This document shows positions 34,951-48,200 of a stretch of DNA of 64,000 bases, one piece after another. This stretch comes from Podarcis gaigeae (lineage: Eukaryota). A program made the translations under genes and the position numbers. The stretch lies in NCBI GenBank assembly GCA_964106915.2, contig OZ066920.1, one strand, 5' to 3'. Within the stretch, counting starts at the first letter, position 1; every line of letters starts with the position of its first letter. A model generated the notes under the pieces. That model ran no database searches and was not told the origin of the DNA. It saw nothing but the letters and a program-made list of their open reading frames with translations.

Positions 34951-36260
34951 GCTGCTGCTGCTGTTTTTGGGTTGTCTCAGCCAGTCTGGGTGGCTTCCAT
35001 CATATCTAAAAAAATAATGAAACATTACACATTAATGATTCAGACATCTTCTAAAGGGTGTATCTCATCTCCCTGACACCTCCTTTCTTCCAAGCTATAC
35101 AGCGCATGTTACCATTTTAAAATACTGAAACAAAGAAATGGTTGGAAACATGGAGGATCAGAGTTATGTCAGATAGGTTGGTGATACCTTCAGAGAATAA
35201 TGGGAATGTTCTAATTCATTTCTGCCTTCCTTTTGGGCATATAGGCTTCAAACAACCACAGGAATGTCTGGATAGATGTGTGCTTCTACCCAAACTGTTT
35301 TCTCAGGCTGATGGATGGTCCATTCAGATGCCAATTTGCTTAGTAATGAATATGGGATCAATGTTTTTCTGCAATTCCACTTTTTTCCTGCAGTGTTCCT
35401 CTCCAGTCCTGACTACTTTCTTCACCGGGTTCTTACTGGAGTTATTAAAATACAGAAAATAACCACAGCAAATACTCTCAAGTCATATGAGCTTGGAATT
35501 CGTTGCCCCTTCTGACTACTGAATAAGAAATCATCCTCATGATTTAGACCCCCCCACCCAGTCATCATTAAAAACCTTTGGCAAAACTTCGGTACAATGC
35601 CAACTTCTTGTACCGTATTCCTATCTGATGCACTACCCCCCAAATGCTTTGTAAATACATCTGAACTTTGAGTGACCTAAAATATACTACCAAGTATTAC
35701 AAACCTAGACATCTGGCAGACAATAAAAGTGTGAGTGTGTGTGTGCACTAGGCTGTAGCAGCTGCACCGACACAAATAGAGAGCAATCACATAATCAGAG
35801 TGCAAGTAGCAGAAGTTAGTAAGTTATATTACAGTTGTTAGGCTTTTATTTAAATATTGAATGCCCCCTTTTAACTTTTGCTTTATTGACAGTTAGCAAA
35901 TCCTCAGCTGGGGTGGCATTAGGAGGACTAGATATATATTTGCTTTATCAAAATGCATGCCATCTGCTAAATTGACCGTATTATCCATTGTCTCCTGTAG
36001 ATGAGGTATGTAGCTTAAAGCTATGAATAGCACTGATAATTTTTATGGAAAACAGTCGTCATTTTCTTATGCAACATTTACATCTTTTACGGGTACTCAA
36101 ATCAGCACAGTAGTGGTGTTTTGCAGTAACTTCCCTCCCCATGCCAGCAGCATTTGTATATATAAGCCAATTTGCTCACTGTCGCTGGGGAAAAAAAAAA
36201 CTAGTAAAGGAAATGGCTACCAAATTGGCTGTTTAATCTTTTTCTATATAACACAAGTTC

Positions 36261-36418
36261 NNNNNNNNNNNNNNNNNNNNNNNNNNNNNNNNNNNNNNNN
36301 NNNNNNNNNNNNNNNNNNNNNNNNNNNNNNNNNNNNNNNNNNNNNNNNNNNNNNNNNNNNNNNNNNNNNNNNNNNNNNNNNNNNNNNNNNNNNNNNNNNN
36401 NNNNNNNNNNNNNNNNNN
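36261..36418. other. Assembly gap (N run)
   Basis: 158 N. Confidence 1.
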
Positions 36419-37057
36419 TTGGTGAAGGCAGGACTAGAGGAGGAAGACTTAGCCTGGATCTTAAGCCCATTCAGTTTACCCCAGGTTCTTGTGCATAGTT
36501 TGAATTCTTCTTGGGGATACAGGTAAGGGTCTGCCATGAGTGATACAATCATGGGAGAGAACTGTGCTATTTCTTCTTCACTCACCCTTAAAATTATCCT
36601 ACACCCTGGTCTCATTGACTCAGAGACCCAGAGCAGGAGACACCTTCTAAAGCAGATGTGTAGGATGTATATCAGTGCAGGTCATGCAGTCTTGTTATTA
36701 CTATTGTTGTTGTTGTTATTCATATTTTCTTTTTAAAATCCCTATAAAGATATGAGTTACTTCAGCTCCTAAAGATTGTTTCCATACTTTTGCAATAGTG
36801 CTACTACTAAAGGCTGTTCTTCCCTACTGAGTGAAATTCTACTTTTCACAATGGCCTGGTCCATTTCTTTTGTACTGTAAAAATCAATGTGTGTCAAAAT
36901 GCATTACATTTGACAGTAAGCTAGAAACCAAAATGTTTAACCTAAATCAATAAAGGTTTGTGGAGGGCATTCATAGAAATAGAAACCCTTGTATTGTGCT
37001 GTATCATATTGTATCAACTTCTTTATAGCTTAAGTTTACCAGGTGTGTGTGTGCAAC

Positions 37058-37221
37058 TAGGGTTGCCATATTTTGAAGAGCAAAAAAAGAGGACACATTT
37101 GCCGAATTCTACCTGGCATAGGATCTATGGATCTAACTATGGTTTGCTACGACAACTCTCATTTTACATACCCATGAAAAAGAGGAAGTGTCCTGGAAAA
37201 AGAGGAGGTATGGCAACCATA
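37058..37221. mobile_element. MITE with TAGGGTTGCCATA termini (hAT-like)
   Basis: TAGGGTTGCCATA … TATGGCAACC; a single matching end recurs at 57378. Confidence 0.7.
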
Positions 37222-37761
37222 CCTTTAATCTGGCCTGAAATCCTGCCTTTGATTCCAGTGGATGGAGACTGCTTTTTGTCTTAATTTTTATAGTCCTGCA
37301 TGTGTGAGATTCTACTGTGTGTTTTAAATTGGCTATGTCTGTTTGAAATGCAATGCTGAAGCAACCTTTAATGAGGAAAATCCATTTTGCTTTGTAAAAG
37401 TAGCCAGTGTAACCTATATGTGAAAACAAAGATGAGACAGCAAGGCATGCAAAGTTGGTTGAACCAAGATGTTGCAAGTTGCAATCTGGCATTCGATTAG
37501 AGCTTTCACAAACCTGTGTTCATAACCACCAAAATGTAGCGCACTGGGGCGGGGCGGCGACAGAGGAAATAAACTTGCCATGTTGTCTTCAACTTGTGAA
37601 AAAGGATTCTCTGAAGTGGCCCTTCATGAATGGTTAAGAAACATAGTACAATGGAAAGGAAAATAGAGGCAACAAAATAAGAGTCACAGTTGAGCAAGAT
37701 TATGCATACCAAAGTCCAATTGGAATTAGTGCAATGCTACACATATTTACCTGTACACGAT

Positions 37762-38055
37762 GTCTTTATTGTCATTGTCCCATGCAGAACAATGAAATTG
37801 AAAAACCACATAAAACTACATAAAAACGACATAAAACTACATAAAAACTACATAAAAACTACATAAAACATTCAAAAACCCCTAAAAACTCTGAACCCCC
37901 ATTTTAAAATACACTATACTATAGAGACCCCTTATGCTGCGTTTAGAACCAGAATTGCATTTGCGTAGAAACTGTTTCTCAGGCAGCTAGTCCTGGCCTT
38001 TATAACCCTATACCTTCTTCCAGAAGGCAGAAGCTGAAAGACATCATTTCCGGGG
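37762..38055 (-). mobile_element. Rex1/Babar LINE 3' fragment
   Basis: Minus strand 38054-37932 encodes PGNDVFQLLPSGRRYRVIKARTSCLRNSFYANAILVLNAA*, the Rex1/Babar 'LLPSGRRYR…RNSF' C-terminus; 3' UTR ends in AATAAA. Confidence 0.85.
37807..37869. repeat. 10-11 bp tandem repeat (ACATAAAA(A)CT) x about 6 in the LINE 3' UTR
   Basis: Directly visible. Confidence 0.9.
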
Positions 38056-38107
38056 TATTTCAACCTTCTCCCCAACTACAATGGTCCCACCCCTACAACA
38101 GCTGTGT

Positions 38108-38518
38108 GGATGCTACTTGCCCAAAGATGGAAGGAGGACAAACTACCTACAAAAAAAGAATGGTTGATAAAGATGATGGACTATGCTGAAATGGTGAAAA
38201 TGACTAGGAAAATCAGAGATTAAGAGGACAATAAATTTAATAAAGAATGGGAAAATTTCATAATTTACTTGAAAGAACACTGTAAACAATTAGAAACATT
38301 GGCAGGATTTTTTTAAAAAACCAACACCTGCAATGAAGTGAGAACTATGGTAAGTTTTAAGAAAATACGGAGAATATGATACGATGCAGTTTGAAAAGAA
38401 TATCTAGGGAAACCATGGAGGGGTGGAGGGAAATTCTGGGATTCTGAGAATCCTGATTATGATTTATGTATGATAATAGTTGTTAAAAGTGAATAACAAC
38501 AACAACAACAACAATAAT
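38108..38518 (+). mobile_element. L1/Tx1-like LINE 3' fragment
   Basis: Encodes MLLAQRWKEDKLPTKKEWLIKMMDYAEMVKMTRKIRD*EDNKFNKEWENFIIYLKEHC, typical of a reptile L1 ORF2 end, with an in-frame stop; (AAC)n tail. Confidence 0.75.
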
Positions 38519-39240
38519 ACTACAATGGACCCACCCATACATCAAGTGTTCCACTGTTCCCACCTTGTTGAATGCACATTCAGCATGATGACTGCAAAAG
38601 GACACCTGCTTGCATTTACCTGTATGTCTCACACCCTGACTATGCAAGGGTCTTGATTGCATGGAATGCCTAAGGAAATCCACCTGTGCAACTGGGGGCT
38701 CACTTTTCCAAACATCACGCTGAATGCAGGGGGCTTACCCCAAGGTAAAATGTGTAGAGGACTGACGCCTTAGTCTGGATTTGACCCATTATGTCCACTT
38801 CTTAAAAACATTCTTTTTTTAAAAAAATAAATGCATTATAATGAACGTAAATCAGCACTGTTTCCATTTAGATAATTTTGGTCTGGGGAAAGAACATGGC
38901 AAGTAATGGACAAACCTTACCACAGTACATTTTCATTTCACCCTATAAGGCTGAGAGAAACAGGCAGTTATTATTTACAAGAAAAATTATTATGGCTGAA
39001 AAATATAATTAAGTGGCAACTGCATCTAAATGTTGCAGTGTATCCTCCTTCCTAAAAAAAAAAAAACCAGTCTTCCTGTTTATGGGTCCAGGCAGCCATT
39101 TTCTTCCCTTCTTTACCTCATGCTTCATTTCCCCCCTTTTTAGTAGTGACTAAGGATGCTCAGTTCTCAGTCCCTATAGTTGTTGTTTTTTTATGTATTG
39201 CTGCAAACCTCAGAGTTCCCCCAAGCACATGGATACATCT

Positions 39241-39602
39241 AGAGATGGGGAAGAAAATAAGTTCAGGCCACATTTAAAAGTGAACATACCTATTTTGCAT
39301 TTTCCAAAAAATATCTGTGAACCAAAACACATCTGTCCATTGGAAATTCACAGTTCTCTGAATTTTGCAATGCAGTTCTCCAGCTAAGTACAAGGGTGCA
39401 TATATTAGGCTGAAGGCTGCATATTAAAAAATTGATTGCCAAAATGTGTATATGAGGAGAAATTCACACTAAAATGCTGATTTATTTTTTTTGTAAGGAC
39501 TTAAAAAATAATAATTAATGAACTGATGTGGAAATGTGGAGAACTCAAGATGGGAATAATGGGAAACTGAGAGAAACCGAAATTGACAAATTCTTTTTTC
39601 CC
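39241..39602. mobile_element. Older non-autonomous DNA element (same family as 7345-8040), reverse orientation
   Basis: aactgatgtggaaatgtggagaact…gagagaaaccgaaattgacaaattc is the reverse of motifs in the other copies. Confidence 0.65.
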
Positions 39603-39907
39603 AGTGGCTCTGTTTTGGCTATAATCTGTGACGCTCACCACCTGTGATTCCCATTAGATTGAGTGACTGGTGACCTTGAGAACAGCTCTTTATTTGACTT
39701 CTCAAGAGAGAACTTATACTATCTCATTTCCACACATTTTTGCTGTGGGGGATATGAAAGAGTATGTGAGACATATGAACAGGGAAAGCCCTTAACTGCA
39801 CTGCTCTGTACAATTAGTATAAAATGAAAACTTGGACAACTTTTTGATTTCTTCCTGACAGGACTCAACTAAGCTTTATTAATCTAAAGCACCCCAGCAC
39901 AGAAGGC

Positions 39908-39950
39908 ATCTATCTATCTATCTATCTATCTATCAATCTATCTATCTATC
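39908..39950. repeat. (TCTA)n microsatellite
   Basis: Directly visible. Confidence 0.9.
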
Positions 39951-40513
39951 TTCTATCATTTATCTGATAGGACCAGCATGAACCTGTCTAATCAATGGCA
40001 CAATTTGAGGAGGTCTGAATGTGATAAGGAACCCTTCACCTTTAGGTCAGTTGTCTAAATCCAGCCTAGGTTGGTAGTGAACAACCAAGGCCATTATCAT
40101 CTGCTGGCTACTGAATGAGAGCAGTGGCCCTAGACCATTCTAGGGAACAGATTGGCAGATGATGCTTTCATACTTGACAATAATTGGCACCTAAGCTTGA
40201 TAAAAGGAGACAAAGGAAGAATGACCATGGAGACCCACTGATCTTCTCACCTCTGTTGGTTATTTTTGTTCAGGTCACATTATCGGCAAGTCATTAAGGG
40301 AGATTTGACTTTTTTTGTGTGGCATCTTGCTTCTTTCTACTGAGCAAGAACAAGTTAATTTCCCATACTTTTATTGTCAACGTTTTCCCCTTTCAGGTCT
40401 GCTGTTTTCTTTAGGTTGAGTGACTCTTCTTAATAAGCTAGAGGTGCACGGTGAATGAATAGCCCTGTTACAGTAAGTCCCATTGTTATTGAGGCTGAGA
40501 TGCTCAGTCCCTT

Positions 40514-40793
40514 TGTTGTTGTTGTTGTTTAGTCGTTAGTCATGTCCGACTCCTCATGACCCCATGGGCCAGAGCACACCAGGCACTCCTGTCTTCCACT
40601 GCCTCTTGCAGTTTGGTCAAACTCATGCTGGTAGCTTCGAGAACGCTATCCAACCATCTTGTCCTCTGTCGTCCCCTTCTCCTTGTGCCCTCAATCTTTT
40701 CCAACATCAGGGTCTTTTCCAGGGAGTCTTCTCTTCTCATGAGGTGGCCAAAGTATTGGAGTCTCAGCTTCAGGATCTGTCCTTCCAGTGAGC
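40514..40793 (-). mobile_element. Bov-B LINE, short 5'-truncated copy
   Basis: MRREDSLEKTLMLEKIEGTRRRGRQRTRWLD…; (CAA)n tail; 12-bp TSD GCTCAGTCCCTT 40502-40513 / 40794-40805. Confidence 0.95.
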
Positions 40794-41489
40794 GCTCAGT
40801 CCCTTAATAACCTCTAAATTCAGTTTGGTGTTTAAGAATGATGAATTATGTTCTAAAGTTAACCTCCCATATGTGAAAGGTTTGTATGTGTGTGTGTGTT
40901 TTAAAGTGTAGGATTTTCTTGTTACAGCAGAAGAAGCTGCATTTCCAGGATATATCCATATGGACCAAACAATTGTATTTCCCCACAACTGTTCACCAGT
41001 TTTCCTTTGGAATACTTTAAGAATCAGTAACAAGGAGACAAAACATCAGCACTGTAAAATCTGGTTGATTTATAAAAAAGTGAAAATATTGGTCATTTTG
41101 GATCAGTTAACAAAAGAGTACACCTGAAAATTTCAGTTGCTCTCTGTAAAGCTTACAGTGGTCTGGTTGGTAGGCCACATTAGATCATTTCTATCACACC
41201 GTTCCTCTCAAAGGACATCTAAACACATTAAGAACAAGGGCCAGCAGGGGTTCAAATTTGGCCCATGAGGCTGCTTGCTCCAAACCATGGCCACTTCCCC
41301 CTCCAAATGTCACCCATTTATTTATATAACATAATAGCTATACCACTTGATTGATCTAAGTGGCTTATAACAGGAACAACCAGGACTCCCAATGGTTTCT
41401 TGGCAAGTAGGACTCCCTGTCCATACTAGCCTTTACATTGTGCCTTCAGATGTTCTAAACATCATCAATCTTAAACTTCATTAATAAAC

Positions 41490-41890
41490 CCAAGTCCCCT
41501 GTATAATATCAGTTCATGATTTGGACTTCTTATTTCTAATTTTATTACAGGTGATTATAGTCAATTTTACAGTCTGTTTCCCTTGTGTGCCTAATCTAAT
41601 ATTTCTTCATTCTCGTATATCAAACACATTTTGTTAACTGAAGAACAGAATACACACATTCTTTTAAAAGCATGCTTTGTATGTTCCATTTGAATTCAAA
41701 TGGAACATCCTTTTAGGTTAGTAAAATCAAGATGTACGTTCCATTCAGTAATTTCACAGGTCATTATCAAGTGTTTCTGGATACCTAGATGTGGGTACAG
41801 TTACTCTTCCATTCTCAAGCAATAACTGTATTGTTATAGAGGGGTTTATACCCATATAAGGGCTATGAAATCAAGCCTCTATTGAAATGG
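41490..41890 (-). mobile_element. Probable highly degraded L1-like ORF2 fragment
   Basis: T-rich plus strand; the minus strand gives a YMGI-like motif near 41845-41860; boundaries uncertain. Confidence 0.35.
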
Positions 41891-44026
41891 TTGAGCACGG
41901 TAAATTATTTTTTAAATCTTCCCTCCTGGTAGTGATAAAACACAATGTAATTGGGTACTTGTGTATCTGTCACTTAATGCTTCCACATCCGCTCCATCGT
42001 AATTCAAAATCAGGTAAGCATTATGTAGCAAACAATTTGAAGTACCTTGTCTGGGGCTACATTCCTCATGGCATGGTAACAGATAATGCTGCTGAATGCT
42101 ATTTGATTGGCATACTTGTTCCATTGTATCTGCTGATGCTGACGGGTGAGGAGAGAGCTCTTGAAAAATTATGACTTAAACTCAGACATTCAATACAGTC
42201 AGCAATAATTGTGAAACCAGAGAGATGGGACAGTTTGCCCTTATTTCAGAAGTATTGAAGTCACAAAATAATTATAACTTTGCATGTACTTTAACTAACT
42301 CTTTACAGAATGTCTACTTTCTAATAAGTGGGCAAATATGAAATGTGTTCACTTTCTGTTTGCTGTGTTGGTATATTAGACGGGTCTGGTCTATGCTAGG
42401 GACACTTGCTGTTTAGAGTGGTAGAGCTGCTGTATGAGCCAAGGTTTTAAAGAGTTAATTTGTTTCCCATAGGGCAGTGCTGTTACTATTGTGTTCTTGA
42501 ATGTGATGCACATGTCCTGTCAGCAGCGAGGGCTGACAAACCTCTCTCCCTAGGAAGGTGTCCCATAGTGGGAGACCAACATGGGGAGATGCACATACCA
42601 CCATTTTGGATGTCACCGAAGAGGTGCTGAAAAAGATGCGTGAGTCCATTGTGCACATCCAATTTTTCATGAAAGGGTTAACACTCAAAATCATCACAGG
42701 CAAGTGGTCCGTGTGACTCTGCATCAACAAGGGCATCTGTGACAAATGGTGACACTCTCTCATTGCTCTCTGCTGTGCTGTGCTCGTTTGCTTTTAGCCT
42801 TAGGGTTGTGTTCCATCCTCCCTAGAAAGGGAAATAATGCAGCCCTCATTTGCCTCATGTGAATAAGATTTGCATATCTTCTAATTTCCAGCTTCGCAAT
42901 TTTCTCTGCTGAAAGAACAGCCTATATAATTTGATTCCACAAGCCACTGAGAGTTAAATTTGGTCCTGTCATGCTTCATTGTGAAAGACAATGCTTATAT
43001 AATATCTCTAAGAGATGTTGTTGTTGTTGTTGTTGTTGTTCATGTCAATAGAAAGCTGATAATCATAATCTAAGCAGTAATTATCTTTTATATATGCCCT
43101 TGCTTCCGGCTGCCATTTCATCAGGTCTCTTTTAATACATCCTCCTCAGGCTAGAGACGAAAGGTAGCCATTTTATTGTGGTGAAGGGAAGGATAAAAGT
43201 GGGGTTTATTACCACTAGAAAGAAATGAAATAAATTTATACCATGTTGTTTATTTACAGAAAGCTGTGAGGTGCCCTTCCATACTTCTTGATTTTCTCTG
43301 TTGGACCAGGGAACAGAATGCTGACATTATAAACATAATGCCTGTCATATTATTAGGACACGCAGGCCAGGGTCAGGGGTTGGTATGGTCAGGAACTTGA
43401 CAGAGTTTTCACTTGCATTCAGAACATTCCTGATGCTGCTTGTGTTCCTTTTAGTCTTTGTCACCACTAATTCCCTCTCCCTTTGGCCCAATCCGCCCCA
43501 CCTGTGTTGGAGAGGGCAGGTGAGTTGCCTTCTCCCTCGTTGCAGGATTGCACAGGCCTGAGAGCGAGGATGAATGTTGGGCAAGGGACCGTTGCTTTGA
43601 TATGCTCTTCTAAAAATGAGCTGATTTGGGCTCAGTTCAGATCAAGCCAAAGTTAGCTCAGGTTGACATACAGAATTAAAAGTAATTCAAAATAAAGAAA
43701 TGAAGAGATCACAGTTTTAAGCCACCCTGTTCGCTGGTTGTCCTAGCTCTGTCCAGATATCTCAGTGTCATCACTTCAGGTATCATTCTCCCACTCAGTA
43801 CACTTGGTTTCTTGGCTGGAACACCACAACATAACTAAATAAGACTGAGCACCCAGCACTGTGATATCATCCCACTCAAAGACTGATATGTGATTGATTA
43901 GGGTTGCCCGTTTGATGAATCCTCTTCTCTTGACCTAAGTAATAAAATCATTTGGCACAGCTCTACATTTTTATTAATGCCTATCATATCCAAGTCCATA
44001 TACATTTCTATATCTATTGATCCAAC

Positions 44027-44165
44027 CAGTGTTATTTTTCTAGAAAAAGAGATGCCAGAACTCCTCATGCCAGAACATTTCCCTTGTTCTCTTATAATGG
44101 CAATGGCACCCACCTGAGAGATGCTGGAACTGAGTTTCAGCGAGTTCCATCTGAAAAAAGCCCTG
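44027..44165. mobile_element. hAT MITE
   Basis: TIR CAGTGTTATTTTTC / GAAAAAAGCCCTG; 8-bp TSD GATCCAAC/GATCTAAC. Confidence 0.8.
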
Positions 44166-44823
44166 GATCTAACTAACTATATGGTCTGTGGAAAAGGACG
44201 AAAACCACAAGGGCATACCCTAAAAGGACTAGATATAGTGTTGCTTCATTGGCTACCAAACTACAGCTAAAAACAGGGATTTCCTCTTGGCTTCCACAAC
44301 AGAACTGACCTAGAGCCTAAGGGCAGGTATGCTGATTTTGTGGAATTAGACATGCACACGTCTTGTTCTTCTGCACTGCTGTAACATGTCTCCAGGGTTG
44401 CATACTTTGCTTTGTATTCATTCTGCTTGTCATTTGAGAAGACAGGTTTTCTGTTTTGTACTTACAGGGTATGTGAAGCAGTGCCGTGGAGTCAGATCTT
44501 TGACATAGGAGAGCTGTTAAGGATACGCATAACTCCCAAGGGGAATTTTTTTGTCATCTTTCTGAAAAGTCTTTCTGAAATTCCCCTTGAAATTTCACTT
44601 TAGGGGAAATTTTGGTGGCAACTCTAGTGCTTATCTTCACTTTGTCAGCGGTTCCTTGTGGAAGGAATGACAGAATGTCTTTTTGGAATCTGGATGTGTG
44701 AACCTCTCAAGCCCCCAAGTGGTTCATTTCCCCATCCATGAACCTCAGAGCCCTCAAGGCAAATGTAAGGAATCCCCATTTCAGCATCATAATGTCTCCA
44801 GGTGTTCACCAGTGACAGTGGGA

Positions 44824-45231
44824 CTGCGTACACACCATGCATTTAAAGCGCATACCCCCAAGCATCCTTGGGTCCATAGTTTGTTAAGGGTGCTGGGAAT
44901 TATAGTTTAGTAAGGAATACATTACAGTTCCCAGGATTCTTTGGGGGCAACGTGTTATGTACTGAAGTTCTCACCCTGGGCCAGCAGGGGGATACTGTAG
45001 ATAGTTATGCAAATAAGGGACCGAAAGTGACGTTCAGTGATTGGATAGTTTTAGAAAGTTGTTACAGTAACGTTGTACTGGAGCTCTATATAAGCAGGCT
45101 GACTGAGCCCTTCAGTTCAGTTCTGTCCTGGCCTGTGAATAAACAAGAGCTGTTTGAAGAATCGCTGTGTCGTCTGAAATGTTCACCCACAACTTAACAC
45201 AACGTGCTTTATCAGTATGGTGTGTGTGCAG
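44824..45231. mobile_element. Foldback MITE interrupted by a solo LTR
   Basis: ctgcgtacacaccatgcatttaaagcgc pairs with gtgctttatcagtatggtgtgtgtgcag once the LTR is removed. Confidence 0.7.
44953..45199 (+). mobile_element. Solo LTR (247 bp)
   Basis: TGTTA…TAACA termini; perfect 5-bp TSD CAACG 44948-44952 / 45200-45204; TATATAA 45087, AATAAA 45138. Confidence 0.92.
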
Positions 45232-48200
45232 AATGCATGTCCCACATCTGAGGTCAGCCAACTCGCCCCATGACACTGCTGGGGGTGGGGGCGGGAAGCG
45301 GTTTTCTATGAGAAAACATTAACAGGTTGCAATTGGGAACACCGTTAAGAGGAAATAAACTCTTACCCACACACATACCAAAGTTTAGTCCAGTTGATAG
45401 TGCCCTTTTACTTTCTCCCTTACAAGGGGATGGCATCCGTTGTTCAATTCGTACAGGAAAAGACAGCCACTGCATTTAGAGAAAACATTGCATTAGAGGC
45501 AAAACCTGCCACTCACCCTGTGACACTGGGTACCTTCACTTCACTGAGATGGAGGCGTGGGATGAGTGTCTTTGCAAATAACACACGAAGACTCATTACA
45601 GCCCTCTCAAGAGCCTCTGCAGTCGAGAGTCATTTCCTCCCTAACCCCCTGCCTGTCATAATGATGGGCATTTTCACTACTTAGGAATGAAAAGCAAACA
45701 GATGCATTCAGTTCTACTAATCTATGTTCAGGCCTTTATGTGCAGTTCTATGTGCAGGCCTTTCTGTGTCCCGCTACATTGAAATTCATGCAGATTTCTC
45801 TTCTCTCTTTTCCTCCAGCTGGCAGTGACAATATGCATATCTAAATGGCATGTTTTCTGCTGGTTGGTGTAGCCAGAAAAAGGAGAAATGGTTACCTTGT
45901 GGTGCTGATTCAGTGGGAAATCTCACCCTCCAAACTGTTACCAAGTAGATGGTGCCATTGCTATCATTAGTTCTGGAGATGGCTGTTTGCAAAGGCAGAG
46001 GGGTAGGTTCAGCCTTTTTTTTTTTGTCCTTCATGTCTTGTCCTACATTAGGAAACAGTTAAACTCTAGAGACAAGCGCAGAATAATGTGTGTGCTAGGG
46101 GGAAGAAAAGCAATCTTTCTTCAGCAACACATATAGAATTGCTGGTGCAAAGGGTCACTGATTATACCAGGGAGATCAATCATTCTGCTAAAACATCTCA
46201 CACATGTGGAACAGAATCTTCTGCACACTTGCTTCTCTTGAGCCTTGCAGATTAACTGCTTTCTTTCTTTTCTGCAAGTAGTGCAATGTGCTGTAATATA
46301 CAATGGACCTCTTTGTACAGGATCCACCGCCTTTCCGTCTTCCAGTTAGGTTCCATAGTCCATCAGAAATGACAAGCAAAGGTGGATGGGGACAAGGAGG
46401 AGAGCAGAAGAAATCAATATTTCTATGGAAATGGCATGGGCAAATAGGAAGCACACAAGTGTTTCACTCGTTCTCCTTGTCTGATTGATTTGTATCTCAG
46501 ATAGAAGTGTAAGATTTCAATGGGCAGATATTTAAAATATGGAATAAATTCTGTTTCTTTTTCCAAGGGAAAGATGAACAGTGAGAAATGTTGAAACATA
46601 GTAGTGGACATTTGAGAAACACTGGAATAGTTGCATGTTTTTGTATTGGTGCCAAATGAGGTTATACCTGCCAGGCTCAGAAATTATGAGTACAATAGCT
46701 CTGAGACTATTGTGTGCCAGCTCTGGAAGAATGTGGGTGATTTGAAATTCCTCACCATACACTGAGCAGAACAGTGACATTTGTCTGGACCCACAAATGG
46801 ATTAGAAGAATGAGGAATCACTTGAAATACTTTTATTCTCTGGGGCCTCTAAGTCATACTTCAGGTATTTGGAGCTGCCTGGGTCATGTGATTTTAGGTC
46901 CTTGAGTTACCAGATTCATAATACTAAGCGGAGTTCTCTAGATTATAAATTATTTCAGTAGAGGAGGGAACTAGTGGCTCCATTAGGTGCAGACTTTGGG
47001 GCTGAGTCCAGGATCCTGTAGTCTGGTAGTCTTTTTTATAAGAAAGAGAGCTTTATACGTATTTTAATAATAAAAAAGAATAAAATCTAATAAATCTCAA
47101 GAAATGAATATTCATGGCATCCCCATTTTTTTAATGGACAATTTGTTTTTTATTGTGCTTGGTAGTCCACTTGTGTGCCATAGGCATGCATCCTTTATCC
47201 TTGTGCACAGAAGTGTATACCGTTTGTTTCAGCTATGGAGTGTATAACTGAGTAGAGCATCTATGACAAGCATCCCCTAAGCCTGGTGCCCTTCAAACCC
47301 ACGAGCTTCGGCAATTGCCTTCAGCCACCTGCACCAAAACGTGACCTTAGATGCATGCATGCAAATATGTGGAAAACATGTACCCATAAACTGTGGATAA
47401 TTGCAGCTTGCGGACATTATGTGCAGGCATTTATCTCCACTTCCAGTGTCAAAATGTTTCACAAAGGGGTATATTTTGGGGTGGGGGAAGAAATCTTTAT
47501 TCTTCCCATGGTGTGAGAGCAGCCCCAACTGTTGATGTTTGCCTGGACTGCAGCGCCAGAACTGCAGTGTTTTAAAACTAACGTCAGGTGCTCTTGTGCT
47601 TAGCATTCATCAAGTTTTCATCCCAGTTAGTTTTGCAAGGTCTCGGGGTGGTTAAAAATAGATTCTGGCAGATGCTGTGATGCAGGAGTATGGCATGGGT
47701 GAACTTTTGAGGCTCCTGAAGCCCCCAAACACAGCGTGACTCTATGCTCAAGAACAATTCCCAACAGTCTTCAATGGCAGCATTCTTTGGCTCCGTGACC
47801 TACTTCTGGTAGCTGCTGTAGTTATTACACATGTCTTTGCCAGACTGAATTACTGTAACTGCCACCTGAAAAGTCACTTGGAACACACACATACACACAA
47901 TCCAAAGCCTGAAAACCAGAGGTACATGTTTTCTCATATAATACAAGTAAATGCAACAATGACAAGCAAATACAATGTGCTACATGTTCTTCTCAGTTTT
48001 CAACCAAATCACACAGCAGAATATAGTCAAGCCATATTGACATGGAAGAATGAACATATATCCATTCCCCCAGTTTGATGCAGGCTGTCACTGTGTTGTA
48101 ATTGCTAACAAACAGATTTTCAACCATTTCAGCTGGCTTCTGCAGCATGGATTCACATAAGGAGAAGGGGTGGGGAAAATTTTATTCTAATTTGCTACAT

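Noticed and set aside
37807-37869. CRISPR-like array
   Set aside because: Eukaryotic DNA; contiguous short tandem units without spacers
46250-46488. Possible exon or short ORF after a pyrimidine tract
   Set aside because: Weak splice sites, unrecognised peptide
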